Source: Lingula anatina (taxonomy: Eukaryota; Animalia; Brachiopoda). From it: 64,000 nucleotides of DNA. The stretch lies in the NCBI GenBank assembly GCA_051362555.1, contig CM120647.1, positions 20,312,651-20,376,650 of the forward strand, read 5' to 3'. The notes under the pieces are model-generated. The model made no database searches. It saw only the letters and a program-made list of their open reading frames with translations, and was not told the origin of the DNA. The translations under genes and the position numbers were made by a program. Below, piece by piece: positions 50,801 through 64,000 of this stretch. Position 1 is the first letter of the stretch, and every line of letters begins with the position of its first letter.

Positions 50801-53574
50801 ACCGACTTTGTGGTCTCCCCCTGAGTTGAATCCTAAAATAACGTATTCGATAAATTCACTTAGTAATGGCTCAATCCTAATGAAACTATCGGTCTAAGCA
50901 GTTTAACGTACTCGTAAAATCACCAGCTTTACTGTTCAACTCCATGAGGAAGCGTGTTAATCCGTTAACCTGTTTGCATTCCGCGAGAGTCACCGTGAAG
51001 TTGGATCGAGGTACATAGACCGATAGTTTCTTTGGGAATAGTTTATTTACAGCAGAGTTGGGGCGGGCACAATATAGCATATAAACAATACGCCCTTACC
51101 GCTTTAATAACCTGATACCACCGATGATACCTGGCGGCGTTGAGCATCACTTCCGTGCCGTTCTCCAGAGGCTCCAACTGGTAAAATGGCTCGTCAAATA
51201 TGTTATCTTCCAGATAAGCAGGGTAGTTATTCTTGCCGGGGATCTCTTCCATGATCTGGTCCAAGAGGCCGGTCAACCCGCGGACGAACAGGTGCTCATC
51301 CGGCCAGAATTTGGAGTTGTCCGGGTTTAATTGGAACCTAACACAATGGATATTTGTATGGAAATATTAATTGTCCATGTTTAATTGTGGCCTAATTGAC
51401 ACAATGGATATTTATATGAAATACGCAGTGTGTAAATAACAGCAGCTTCTGTACATAGTCGTCTGCTATGTGGTACATAGGCCCAATATAAATAGAAAAG
51501 AAGAATAGCCCCGTATCTAGTTTCGGTTCCATCAACAGTTGAAATGATTTTTTTACTCTGAATACCAAGGCGAATCATGACATGAAAACTATGGCCGCAT
51601 TCAGAGCATGGCAGACCCATTTAAATACTTCCCCACAGGGAATCTATTCAGTATCTATTAAGGCATTAGACGGCAAGCTTTTTAGTGGGTCGCCATACTT
51701 ACCCCGCGGACTAGCTAGTCCACTGTTCTGACTGCAGCCTTTGAGTATAATTCATCCTGTAATTATTTTCAGTCATCAAATTCACTCATCTACCCACTTT
51801 TCCTCACCGTTGTTTTCTACTTTTCAGCCATGTAACATCCATGTCCATCTTGCATGTACTTTATACTGTATTTTCACCTTAGTCTCAGCCACCTAAAAAC
51901 TCTCATTCACCCACCCACAATCACTCATCTTCACTTTCTTTCAACCCCCAATCTCTCCAGTCAACCAACCTTGCCCTGCGCGTCTTCGAATGCGTCTCAA
52001 AATCGCTCTGGTAGGCCAGCCTGGAGCCGAGGTCATCACGCACCCTGAAGATCGAGGTGCTGATGTCTTTGCTGATCGGGTGACACAGTATCCGGTAGTT
52101 CCACTGCGCCATCTTGGGAATGCCGTCTGTGATGTTCATCACGGCCACAGGAAGAAAGGCGAAATTCTCCAGCTGGCTCTTTCGGCCCGAGTAGGAGGTG
52201 AAACGGGTCTTCTGGTGAAGGTCAGCCCAGTCGGTCGCGTCAAGAGCGTGACGGTCGCTTTGGAAGGACTCCTCCAGTTTACCTATTGGTGGCGAGGAAG
52301 GGTTACGGTGAAGAGACCATTCTCAGATTCTATCGTACTAACTTTAGCTTGAATTATCTTCAAGGGGATTCTCGCGTAATTGCAAATAACTTAAGCGGCT
52401 GAGATGTCTGTCACGCCTACCGAAGCTGATAAATAAATAAAATAAAATAAATAAAGTAAATATTAAGAGATTAATTAATTAAGTATTGTACTTATTAATT
52501 TTGGATATATTTTCTTTACCGTCTGGGCTTATCTTGGTCCACGTGCCCTCCAAATAACACATGACAGGCTTGAAGTACTTCCTGTAGTCCCGCACATAAC
52601 TGTTTTGATCACGGAATGCTTTGAACCACTCCTTCATTTCTGCTATCTGTTCCTCTACCGTCGTCTTACTTGTTACCTGTTAATAAAAATATAGTATCAT
52701 TAGTTAAGTACTCATGGGTACATTACTCCACCAAGAAAGTGCAATTCTCATTATTAATCAATGAATTAATTGTAATAACTGCAATATTAATGATATTTTT
52801 AACAAAAACAATAATGATGGCAATAATAAATGTTAGTAGATTCACATTAACTTTTCTATACTTGCGGCCATTATCAAAATGTGTTTTACTTATTATTATT
52901 ATTTCAACAAAACAGAAAATATCTAATAAGTGTGAAAGTTTTGGTTGGTTTTCGTTTTCAGAACCGACGAATACATAAAATATAACATAGCCTATAACCT
53001 TCATTCTCCATATCAAGATTTATTCCTTCATCATCATTTTTATTTTGATATGTTTTTTGTCAATGATGTTCTGGATAATTTTATTGTTAAAAAATGAGTC
53101 AAACGGCGCCTCATTATAGCAGCTAATTTCATGTGGGACTCCACTATTCAAACAGCTGTCTTTATGAATGTGATCGTTTTGAAAAGGAAACAAATTTCTA
53201 AAGCCTTTATGCCCCTATGCTGTTTACAATCCCAGAACAACCCTGATGATCAGCAAGGTTCTATGGAGGTGTTGGAAAGCCAGTCTTTTTCTTTTCTGTA
53301 TGAGTTGTAGAGTAATATTCATTATTTATTATTGCAACAAATTCCTCAAGCTGCAAAGCTAGTTTATATGCTAGGATTGGGGGCTATTGCGAACTCTTCT
53401 CAACGACCAGAAAATATTCGTGTATGTAGGGAGTAGGCCTATATGTATACCGGGCATTGTAGAATTTCTATCACAACTCTGAAACTCAGGGTGTTTTTCA
53501 TTTATTCAGTTATAGATATGAAAAACGGGAGGATGTGTCTTGGTGCATAATTGTGAAACTGTGGCTCCTCTTTA

Positions 53575-53607
<33 letters not shown>

Positions 53608-53751
53608 ACGCTAGTTTTAAAATAATTTCTTTAAAAGACATGCCCTTCCTGATGAAAAAAAAAAAAAAAAAATCGCCGTAATATATAACGTTTTAATTTC
53701 AGTGTGGAATATTTTGTCAGCTGATTGAAAACAGAAATATTTTCTAACACA

Positions 53752-53805
<54 letters not shown>

Positions 53806-55733
53806 ATGATCACGTCCTCCAAAGACCAGGGCATGCTTTTGACCACGAAATCACCTCTCTTAACACTTGTTTGGTGAAGTACTTCAATTTATTTGCTAAC
53901 TCGACGTTTAAAAAGTCCTAAAAAAAGAGCACCAAAAACTTGTACAAATTAAATTTTTTGTGAACTTCTCGACAGACCTCTAAAAAGATATCCTTTAAAA
54001 TTTCGAGAGAATACGCATGCGTCAATTATACTGACCTCTGGCGGGACGGGCGGGAAGGGGATGTTCTCTATACAGTGATAAGACTCATCGCTTGTACACG
54101 GCATGACCAGCTTGAAGTCGTTGTGCCTGGTCTTAAATTCGACCCCATTCAAGACGGCGGAGATCTCCCCCATGCCCACGGTTCTATCGTAATTAGCATG
54201 ATCGTGGTAGGCTGCTACGCTGTCTCGCACGTGGGAGGGCGTGTGATACGGGCGCGTGCCTGAAAATAAAGATCTTTTTAAATTTTCTTATTTTCGTGAA
54301 AACGAGGGCCGAATTTGAAGGTGGAAGTTGGATGGGCGCACCCAGTAAAAAATATATACACGCAAAACTCACACGTAAACGTTATGCACGAATGTACTCA
54401 CACATGCTGTTACCGTAAACAAATGCACACATACACAAGCATACATTCAGGCAAGATCACATACACACGCACGTACGCGCACAAACAAACCGGAACACAC
54501 GCACATACACACAGGGAAACCTGAGGCAGGATAAAAAATAACCAATGGTGTTTGGTGAATCAAACTGAAACCAACCTAATATCCCCCAAAACATTTTCAT
54601 GTTAAAATTGATCATCTGATCTCAAGGTGATCTTTTTTTAAAGTAGTCACAAAAATATAACCTTAAGCAAACACTCGATAGCCTACACATAAACGGACAC
54701 TGATTTTAAGAGTGATTTCTTACCGGCAATATCCATTCGAATCTGCTTGATTCCAGACGCCCCGTCGAACCTCGCTTTCTCCTCTACTATCAACTGCTGC
54801 ATCATCAGCTGGTTTGCTAGGAGATCCACCACGTTCTGGAAAGATGAAAGGCAGTGGCGGATTTCTAAATAAATCACACCAATAGTGCCCTCTTGGAATT
54901 AGGTCCCCTGTAGAATTTTCACTAGCTGAACCATACATGTAGGTCCAGGGCCAGTAGGAGGGGGTGGGGGTGGGGGTGGGGGGGGGGGGGTCCAGGACCA
55001 GCTTCGCTTCTGAGGCCTGTCTTTATAAAAACCGGACACCCCCCCCTTCAAATAATCCTGGATCCGCCCTGAAGGGGGTTGCTATTTGTCAAATATGATG
55101 TGCAATATATAGTTATCAGGAAATATTCAGAACATTTAAACGGGGATTTGAACGGAGTTAAGAGGAAATTTTATATCCAACGTGGTTTGAAATTTATTCT
55201 CATAATATTTATAAAAAAATATGAAAGAAGTAAATTTAGAGGTAATTTTCAGTCAAACATGATTTACAACTAATCATTATCAATGAAATGATTTAGCGTC
55301 GGAACAAAAAGTTGAATGAGATAAGAAAATTGTGAGGTAAACTTTATTTGTAACCTATCCTTATTATTTATTTAAGCAGAAAAAATTGTGAAAAGAACAA
55401 TGATATAAGCAACATTTTCTCTCGTAAAAATAACTTCAACCGATATTTTAATAATGATTTAAAAATGCTACCAAATTCGACATCGTTTTAAAGAGATGGA
55501 AGTTGGCAAGGCAATATCGTTAAATAACCGAAAATAAAACAGTTTACAAAACCAGACAATTACTTACGTTGGCATAGTATTCCCACTTAATTAATTATCT
55601 TTACCTTTAAATCTTGAACCATAGAACTTATCTCTGACAATGTAGGTGACGCCTCAGCGTCCTGGCTCTTGACATTGTGGATGACCACAGCCATGAGTGG
55701 TAAGAGAAGACTCCAGAGAAATTGCGTCTTCAT
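46811..55733 (-). CDS. Uncharacterised secreted protein, gene B, paralog of gene A (13 coding exons, 691 aa)
   Basis: Exons 55733-55605, 54835-54724, 54259-54036, 52676-52520, 52282-51970, 51337-51100, 50712-50592, 50235-50095, 49354-49202, 48577-48438, 47999-47851, 47434-47297, 46871-46811 (2076 nt, in frame). Signal peptide MKTQFLWSLLLPLMAVVIHNVKS. Motifs YHDHANYDRTVGMGEISAVLNGVEFKTRHNDF, CYLEGTW, QWNYRILCHP, PPGEHFH, GHSHSL, CDQQPECWDGH. Confidence 0.9.
47790..47846. repeat. (ATT)n microsatellite next to a gene B donor site
   Basis: About 19 ATT units; source of the spurious poly-Y and poly-N ORFs. Confidence 0.9.
54852..55071. mobile_element. CAG(G/T)GGCGGAT-terminus MITE with G-runs
   Basis: Ends CAGTGGCGGATTT...GGATCCGCCCTG; lies ~15 nt from the exon 2 acceptor of gene B. 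Confidence 0.6.
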
Positions 55734-56906
55734 CCTTTCGCGTCGCTCTCCCAAAGCCAAAGTGTGCAATTCTGCCAGTCACGCACAGTCTGTTGGGTTT
55801 GAATTATTTGCCGAAACCCTTTCAATTTGCATACAACGAAAACAACTGCCATGCGGGCTTTGTAAAATAATCGCTTCACGCAGATTATCAGGTGCAATAT
55901 TATTTCAAATTGGCGATTGATTAATTACTTGCTTCATTCATTCATTTGAATACAAATTGATTGAAATATTTATGCATTTACATATTGACTCCTGATTTTG
56001 GTTTATCTGTTTTTTTCCATTCATCTCAATAACTTTTATTTTATTTTTTCGTGTACTTTGCTTCCTTTATTTATTTATTCATAATTAGACCATTATCATT
56101 CTCAGAAATGGGACACTAACATTAAAATAACAAAAGCAAAACCGTCTGTATACCTATCCAGTAGTACAGCAAATAACACTCTGGGATAGAGCTGTTGTTA
56201 TTCTCCAGTCAGTTTCATCGTCCTTTGCGTCTGATAGTGATTGAACAACAGACCAGACGTGCTATTATATATATTGAACAAAGCATTATGTAACACAACT
56301 GTGACTATGATGGCAGTTTCACACACAGCAGCTGTTTTTCATACTTGATTATTCAATGTCTGTATTTTCATATATACCTTTGTGTTGTGTTGGTAATTTT
56401 TTTTTATTCCTCACTCAATGTTCACATGATAAGCAAGTTGCTGTTGTATTTTTAAATTCCCGGTGTTTTAAAAAATCTTGAATGTTAGACTGTTGTTGAA
56501 TTTCTCTCTTATTTTCAGCACCTATTTTGTAAATGCAGCGTGTTATTTTTGTCATATATTTATTGTCACTGCTTTGCTTGAAATGAATACTGATTAAACA
56601 TGGGATACGAGAGAGAGAGGGAGAGAGAGAGAGAGAGAGGGAGAGAGGGAGGGAGACTACAGCTTTCAAATGCATGTACATGTATTTCATGAGAGAGAGA
56701 GAGGGGGAGAGAAAGAGATTTCCCACGAAAGTTTTGGTCTGAAGCATCAGTCACGTCTCTAGAGCTTCATTTCTGACTTCATTTTGGACAACTTCCTATT
56801 TCTCTTGTATCAAAGTTTTATCAAATATTAGTCTAAAAGATTATACCATATATCTTATACCCCTTTTCCTATTATTGTTTTAAATTTTTAGTCTTAAAAT
56901 TTTAAA

Positions 56907-59502
56907 CTAAACTTGATGAAGACACATCCGCACACAGCCTCTACAGACCACATCCCCGAACCTGTCCAAGAGTGTAGGCCAGATGTATCTCTCTATTATG
57001 GCGGTGGCGTGAGAGCCACAGACATCATTTTCCACTGCGTGTTTGATTCCGCTGTATACAGTATCCTCTGCATCGAGGATCAAATGGTTGTTAATTATAC
57101 GCCAGGTTGTTTTTAGACATGAGTCAATGTATGCCAGAGTCTGCGTAAATTGTGAAATATCCTTTTCAGATGACAGCGTGGTTTTTTCAAGTATTTGCTG
57201 AAAAGCAACACAAAGACGGGAATGTAAATTTGAAATGCAAGCAACGTAAGTGTTATACTTGAAATGTAAGAACAAATAGTTGGATTACACATAGTGCTAT
57301 GGACACATCAAGCTTAGCATGATATAAGTGTATGCATTGGTCTTGTAAGACTTCACAGTAAGACTGGCGCTTTCGGTACTGTAAAATAAAAACCTTTAGT
57401 ACTACAGATGCAGAAAATAGACTATCAGTGTGTCTGTCATACATTAAGGGTGGTGGTAGTGAGAGCTTACGAGCTACAGACATTTTAGCTATTTAATTTT
57501 TTTTTGTATTCATAGCGCCTGCTATATACCGGTGCTCACTGTCACCTTTATTCATAACATGCCCTATTACCTCGCACAAATCGGCAAAACTTGCCGTATC
57601 GGTATCAGCTAGGTCTGCCCAAAAGATGAAAAGCGACTCCTCAAGCCAAGGTGGTAAAGTTCTTTTCTTCTCCTGATAAAAACAAAAAAAAAAAAAAAAA
57701 TAAATTGCCATTTCCAATGAAGTGACGTCATGTATTGGACACCATGTGATTTTATTTTGTTTGTGACGTCACATATTTAGCATTGTTTGCGTGACGTCAT
57801 ACATTCAAATGACGCAAAAATGCCATGTCACGGTGTCACATATAATTATAAACTATGTTAACTAGTTTTGTCGCTCTGAGCTGAAGTATTTTAATATAAA
57901 GCTACCATATGCAATACCTGTAAATTTACTTTTTCACGACTCACCTGTTTTTTACCTCCATTCCCACCAAACGGTTGTAACAGTGGTTTGATGAAATGTT
58001 CCTCCCTGTGTTGGATCACAGCAGCATAAGAGGCCTAATTGGTAGCCGTGAGCAAACAAACAATTTAATTGATAAATAAATTTAAAAAATGATAAAATAA
58101 ACATATAAAAAGGAAGAAAACATAAGTGGTATTACACAGAAGTTATAAACAAAATTAGTTCTAATAGAAATGTTTGACTTCATTTCAGAATCATGAACTG
58201 CCGCCGATTGAAACCTAGATATGGGTGTTTCTTAAGAAAATATGTTATTTACAGCACAGTAGCATATTCAGAGCATATAGATTGCACTCAGCATATAGTC
58301 TATAGTAGTAATATGTGTGTTTAACATTCAAGTTTAGATATAGGTTATTTTGGCAGGTCCATAATTTTAATTAGTTAAAAACTAAAAGACTGCAATGAAG
58401 GCAACTGTATTGTCTGTGTTGACCTTATCTCGGCAGTTATAATACATGATTGACTGACTTTACCATGAGTATATCAAATAGAATACGGTCCATGTCAAGG
58501 TCACCACGGAGGTTATTCAGCTCAAGACGAGCCTCTTTCCATTGTATGTTCTTTAGACTTAAGTATTCCTCCTTTGCAGCATGGACTCGCATTTGTTGGC
58601 CTGTCACTGTCCGCGTGATCGGATCACTAGAAAAAAGAGGAGAAAATCCATGTAAGCAATTTTAAAAATTAAAATTGATAGGGGTTATTCCAAAGTATAC
58701 TTTCACTTTCACATACATGTACAGTCTTTGTCATCCGACCAATTTTTTAAAAATCTTTTTATATCCTGATAAATAAGACAAAAAAAATACATGTAAGCAA
58801 AGTATCTATAGTTATCTTAATTTGTAGAGGTAGACAGAATAGCGTGGTGTCGCAGAAGTATTAATAAAGGGAAAGAAACGTCTCAGAGTACCTCGAAAAA
58901 TACAGTGTATAACTTAAGTTGGCCTTTTTTCACCTAAAATGCTTTCGAACTCAATATTATTCCCGAGTATCTTAATCCTACCTATTACGTGTAGTATCTG
59001 ATTCCTTTGGTTTCAATCTTCTGTAGACATTGGTAAAAGTGATTTCATGTTCTGTCAACGAAGGCGTGTAAGAGACCCGTACGAAACCACTCCGTCTTTG
59101 AGAACGCCTAGAAGTTGCTGTCACTCTCGTTGTTGTCGTTCCTGGTTTGTTCTTGGTGGTGATGACGTTTTCTGGATGAGTTGCTTTTTCTTGTGTTTTG
59201 ATGAGATTGTTTTGAGCGGGTCTCGGCTTCGGGTTCGTGGCAAGAGCATTAGGTTTGAGAATTAGTTTGAAAAAAGATCTTACACCCGTCGCCTCTTTTT
59301 TCTCGTCCTTCTTTTCATTCTGGCTCAAACTTATATTTGCATTATTTCCTGGAGTCGACGTGCATTTGGGTTGAGTCCTGCTTAAGTCAGGGCCAGCAGC
59401 AGTGAAGCTTATATTATGGCTGGCAGACGCTGGCGTGTAACTAACCCGCAATAAAAGGTTTCTTTTCTTGTCGCCTCCGGAAGAAGAAAACCCAGATCCC
59501 AT
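56907..59502 (-). CDS. Protein with a mitochondria-eating protein (MIEAP/SPATA18)-like C-terminal domain, gene C (5 exons, 388 aa)
   Basis: Exons 59502-58982, 58626-58464, 58034-57945, 57672-57571, 57197-56907 (1167 nt, in frame, GT-AG). C-terminus YIDSCLKTTWRI...H...YIWPTLLDRFGDVVCRGCV fits the MIEAP C-terminal pattern (Y..C...W...Y.WP.L...G....KG.V). N-terminus MGSGFS. Confidence 0.72.
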
Positions 59503-59628
59503 TGCGGTAGGTGTTCAGGCAGTCACTTTGAAGATTGTCCATGCGGTACAGTTTTCGGTTAGTTACACACGTGTATGTATTATATACAAAATCACAGGCC
59601 TTTCTACATTCCCTGAGACTACGTGTAC

Positions 59629-59636
59629 CTTTTATA
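59629..59636 (-). promoter_or_regulatory. Candidate TATA box of gene C
   Basis: TATAAAAG on the minus strand ~130 nt upstream of the ATG. Confidence 0.5.
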
Positions 59637-61529
59637 GATGATATTTCATTATTCACTGCACGCTCTCATAATCAAGAGATATGCCAATACGATAGCTAAT
59701 GTTGATATGTACAGGGTAGTAAATGTACCTTCATACACTGTATATATACACTACATGGGTTAAAGGGGGTATCGGCGTATACATCGGCTATCAGTAATTG
59801 AATTGCCCTAACAATATACCGGTGCGTTAATTATCGATCATACTTGATAAACTTGGTGATCTCTTCTCTTTTGTATTCATACGTATAACATAGGGTTACA
59901 GGTTGTGGACACTTACTGTCACGTGGCGCTATGGGTCACATGATATACACGCGCGCACTGGAGGACCCAGGGCTTTGCTTGGTAGAGGACCAGTGGCAGA
60001 ATGAAAAACATTTTGCTGTAGAGCCGAGAAAGAACTGCACCAAAATGCATGTCGCATATAGCATATTATTTTATATGTTGAGGGGGGGGACGCTGTGTGG
60101 GTATTTGTATGTGTGTGTGTGTGGGGGGGGGGGGCGTGCCCGCTTCGTCCCCTAGACTCGTCCTTGTTCATAAGATTGACTCCTTTGCTTATCAGAAATT
60201 GATGGTATATTATTTTTGTCGTTTTAGTTGTCACATAGTTTTCCTGTCAGCTAGGTCACTTTTATGATCACATTATACGTGTATTTAACCACTGCAATGG
60301 AAATTTAACAGGGGCGAAAATAAAGCTATTTGCACATAATTAAAATGAATTTTCCACTCACTCTCAGTTCATTTATTTTAAAAATCAAATCACCCATCTC
60401 TTTCCTCCCTAAATGGATAAAACACGATAAACCTTATCAGGGTCATTCCGCAAAAAAAAAAAAAAAAAAAAAAAAAAAATGTAAATCTTAGTCACATCAG
60501 CGACGCATACATTAATGAGTAACATTTTCATAGCTGTTTCATACCACTTTCATATCATTTACAGTTGATTTATTTCAGATTGGAGGGTATAATAATATAA
60601 AATATCAAAATTAATTGTGTGAGTCAGTATTATAGAAACATTACACAATGTGTGTGCGTCACTGGCGTGACTCAAGTGTTCACTTTTTCGTGGAACGTCA
60701 GTGATATTACAGGTGGTGGTGTTCTTCACTGACAGTCTGACAGCGAGGACGAAACTCGCCAAACCCTTGACCTAATCTTCTGCTTTTATATAGTTATAGC
60801 ATAAAACTACTTTTTGTTTTGGTGGAGAAGGATTGTCCTCTATCGAGTCCTTCTGTTCCTCAAAACTTAAGCCTGCTCACGTGCCCTCCCTTTCCTTTCA
60901 AAGTGTCTCACAGACACGATTTGTCCGGTATTCAGTGCACACCCACCTGAAAAGGTGTGATATGACTTATAAGACCTGAGTTAAATAATAGGCCTTTACA
61001 TGTTGGTTTATTTAATGTAGGATGCAATGAGTACAATGAAAATGTGCAATAGAGATACCCTTATAAATATACAGTTATACAGTGATTTACTATAACCACT
61101 CAAATAATGAAGATATTAACTACTGAGCCTGAATGACTCTTACGACTCAATTGCCAGTAGATGCGGTACTGTCTTCGAAAATTCCGATAAGAAGGGTATT
61201 AGTAAAGTACTGAAGCTAATATTTAATCTGGAGTTTGCTCTCTTTGCATATAAGTATAATAACATTTTTTCATCTATGATTATTCTTCGGCCAAGTTTTG
61301 TATGGTATTTTTGGTATATTAAATGCTTCGTACGTTGTGATGCGCAGATCGTTGCATAGGAAGGACGCCGTGAGAAAGTGTTTGTAGATAATAGATTTAT
61401 CCACGGTTTTTTATGGGGCATAATTTGGCGATTAAGGGGAAAATGTCTGTAATTACCAAGAAAAATCCATTTACAATACAAAAAAGCCTAACGCGTTGTG
61501 CCTTGAAGTATTATCCTGTGGATGACTAA

Positions 61530-62237
61530 GACCCCATTCCCATAGATTTTAGATCGATCTATCCCTGTGGGGAGTCTCACTACATTACTGTCAGCTTAGC
61601 CGGCTTAAGCGTCTGTCCCGCCTACTAAAAGCAGTAAGGGGGTAATTAACTATGGTGCACGCTCGTCTGACTGCAATTTAGCGTGAAACCCCAGGCAGTT
61701 AGGTCGATCTAAATCTTACAACCCATTTCCATAGATTTTTAGATTGATCTATCCCTGTGGGGAGTCTCACTAGATTACTGTCAGCTTGGCCGGCTTAAGC
61801 GTCTGTCCCGCCTACTAAAAGCTGTAAGGGGGTAATTAACTATGGTGCCCGCTCGGCTGACTGCAATTTAGCGTGAACCCCCAGGGAGTTAGGTCGATCT
61901 AAATCTTAATCTTTAGATCGATCTAAATCTCTGGGAAAGCACCCTTAATCTCTGGATCGATCTAAATCTCTGGGATGCACCCTAAGTCCCATTTATTAAC
62001 ATGAATAGAATTCAAAGACATCAAAGTGAGCAGATTCTGAGTGTCATAGGTCACTGACGTCTCTAGTACATCAAAGACCCTGTTCCCACTCTTATTGTGT
62101 CTATCACTTAATTACCCTCTAACAGCTTTAATAGGTGTGACAGACATCAGAGTCGCTTAAGCTGAATGCAATCTAGCGAGAGACCCCTCGGAGATGGGTC
62201 GATGCTGCTAGATCGATCTAGGTATGGGAACGGGGTC
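61530..62237. mobile_element. PIF/Harbinger-like MITE or composite of MITEs with a ~190-bp internal tandem duplication
   Basis: TAA|GACCCCATTCCCATA...TATGGGAACGGGGTC|TAA; direct repeats ~61531-61720 and ~61721-61910; diverged inverted copy ~62075-62237; repeated TAGATCGATCTA palindromes. Confidence 0.7.
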
Positions 62238-63887
62238 TAAGGCTCACCAAATCGGTGCAGAAGTAAGCTCAGCGCCTGTGTTATGGTTCGTAGGCACACT
62301 TTGGGCAAAGAAATCCAAGATATGCAGTTACAATCACCCGGCTGGTGCAGACATCCTTTTAAGTGCACTGCGTGTGAAAGAGACAAAATGTCTGAGTAAT
62401 CAATGAATTCAGTGTACCTCATTCTTGAGAGCTCAGCACCCTTGTTATTGAGCATTTGACCCCGAGGAATGAGGTCACAAACAATGAAGTAGGGGGGCGA
62501 TTTCAAACAATAACTGGGCTGTAAAGTCGCCTGCAGCATTTTTCACAAAAGAGCTTCGTCCTGGAACTAGGTCTACCGTATTTAAGGTCAATACATACGT
62601 AGTTCACTGGAATGAAGTGGGTATTGGCTTGTATCTTCCGCAATATCTTCCTCGTTATAAAACAACCACAATGTTTAGTTTGATATAGCTGTAGTGCTGA
62701 TCTAATCTGGGTAGAATTCGAGTAAGGGCTCATTCTTAATGAAACTATAGCCCTACGTAGATCACAACCACGCGGGAACTCTCGCTGAATGCAATCAGAT
62801 TAACTGATTAACACCCTTCCTCCTGGCGTTGAGTAGAATGCAGAAAAGCTGGTGATTATACGAGTATACGTGGAAACGTTAACAAAGCTGACCAAAACTG
62901 AATACCAGAAAAATGTGCGCTTAGCACTTAGTTAAAGTTGAGAACAATCTTGTCCTGATTTCAAGACAATAGAGAAGCCATGCTGCACAGTTGTATCTAC
63001 CATTACAGGTGTTAAGTATAATATCATTTTTTCACACGAAAAAAAGGTTTATGAGTTCAAAAAACCCCATTATCGGTACCTCCGTGAAAAACAATTAAAA
63101 TATAAAGGCAATTAAAGCTGTTAATACGCCTAGGGCGGGACGGTGCTGCATGGTACTGTAGAATATATATTTGAAAGCACTGTGCTAACACTGGAGCCAA
63201 GAATCATATGATTTTAAGAAGAAAAACAAACATTGGACCAATTCTGTAGGACATCCACTCCCCATAAAGGCTCACTTAATAGCAGGTGTGGTCACAGTCT
63301 GAGGCTTTCTTGTGATCACATGAGCAAATATCACTATATATAGATCTAACAATGCGGGTATTGGAATGCGCCATGTCACTAGGCTGACTCGTATGTGTTG
63401 TTCTACCCTGACTTCGGGGACTTCGGGAATGTTCATAACTGCATGAGAAAATGCCAACATGAGCGAATTTAACTACACGAGGACGGTAGAGTAGCGAGAA
63501 GCTGATCGGCCATTCATTCTTGTTATTTTAAGCGTTAAGGCGTCAGAGGCATTATGTCTACAAATACCTGGTTCACCCGCACCGTATTTTTGATGTTATG
63601 TGTCAGCGCCGGCATCCTGCTACGATTGTCTTGGGGAGGATCGAACAATCGGCCCAGTACGCGTGGATTGTTGTTAGCAGATACGAAAGGTAGGCCTGCG
63701 TCTTTGTGATTTGAAATGATTTAAAACTTGTTTGAAAACCACAAAATACGAAAAGGCCACTTAAACTGAAAACACCACAGGTAAGCTATGCTTGTGAAAC
63801 CGAAACTGCAAGCAGACATGTATAGCCACCCTTTTGGTCTACCCCCCTATCACGACCACTGGGTGTTACCTTTCGAGCCTCCACAGA

Positions 63888-63927
<40 letters not shown>

Positions 63928-64000
63928 CGTGCCTGCGCGCGCCCCACATATACAATGATGGCCCCCAAGCCTGAAGGTACATCTTATGGTGCGTTCCCCA

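Overview
AT-rich, intron-containing animal genomic DNA, probably a lophotrochozoan such as a mollusc (inferred from gene and repeat content). From left to right: (1) a complete 12-exon PDIA6 gene (+, 245-6481, ends in KDEL) with an exact ERSE in its promoter. (2) A four-copy tandem segmental duplication (~6.5-37 kb, core unit ~5 kb). Each unit holds an intact 5-exon, 114-aa secreted thyroglobulin type-1 (thyropin-like) gene on the minus strand that the ORF track does not assemble. Amino-acid differences between copies concentrate in three loops. Each unit also carries a copy of the PDIA6 3'UTR and of the last exon of the next gene. Different units were hit by different transposons: an IS3EU-like palindromic MITE, an Academ-like foldback element nested in a Kolobok-like fragment, a full-length intact L1/Tx1-clade LINE and a Tc1/mariner-like MITE. 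(3) Two paralogous ~690-aa uncharacterised secreted proteins (RTRHNDY-type core, His/Cys-rich C-terminus). (4) A 5-exon gene with an N-myristoylation-type start and a MIEAP/SPATA18-like C-terminal domain. (5) MITE-rich sequence at the right end. All gene models were spliced by hand from GT-AG sites and frame continuity. Family assignments come from motif recognition, not database searches.
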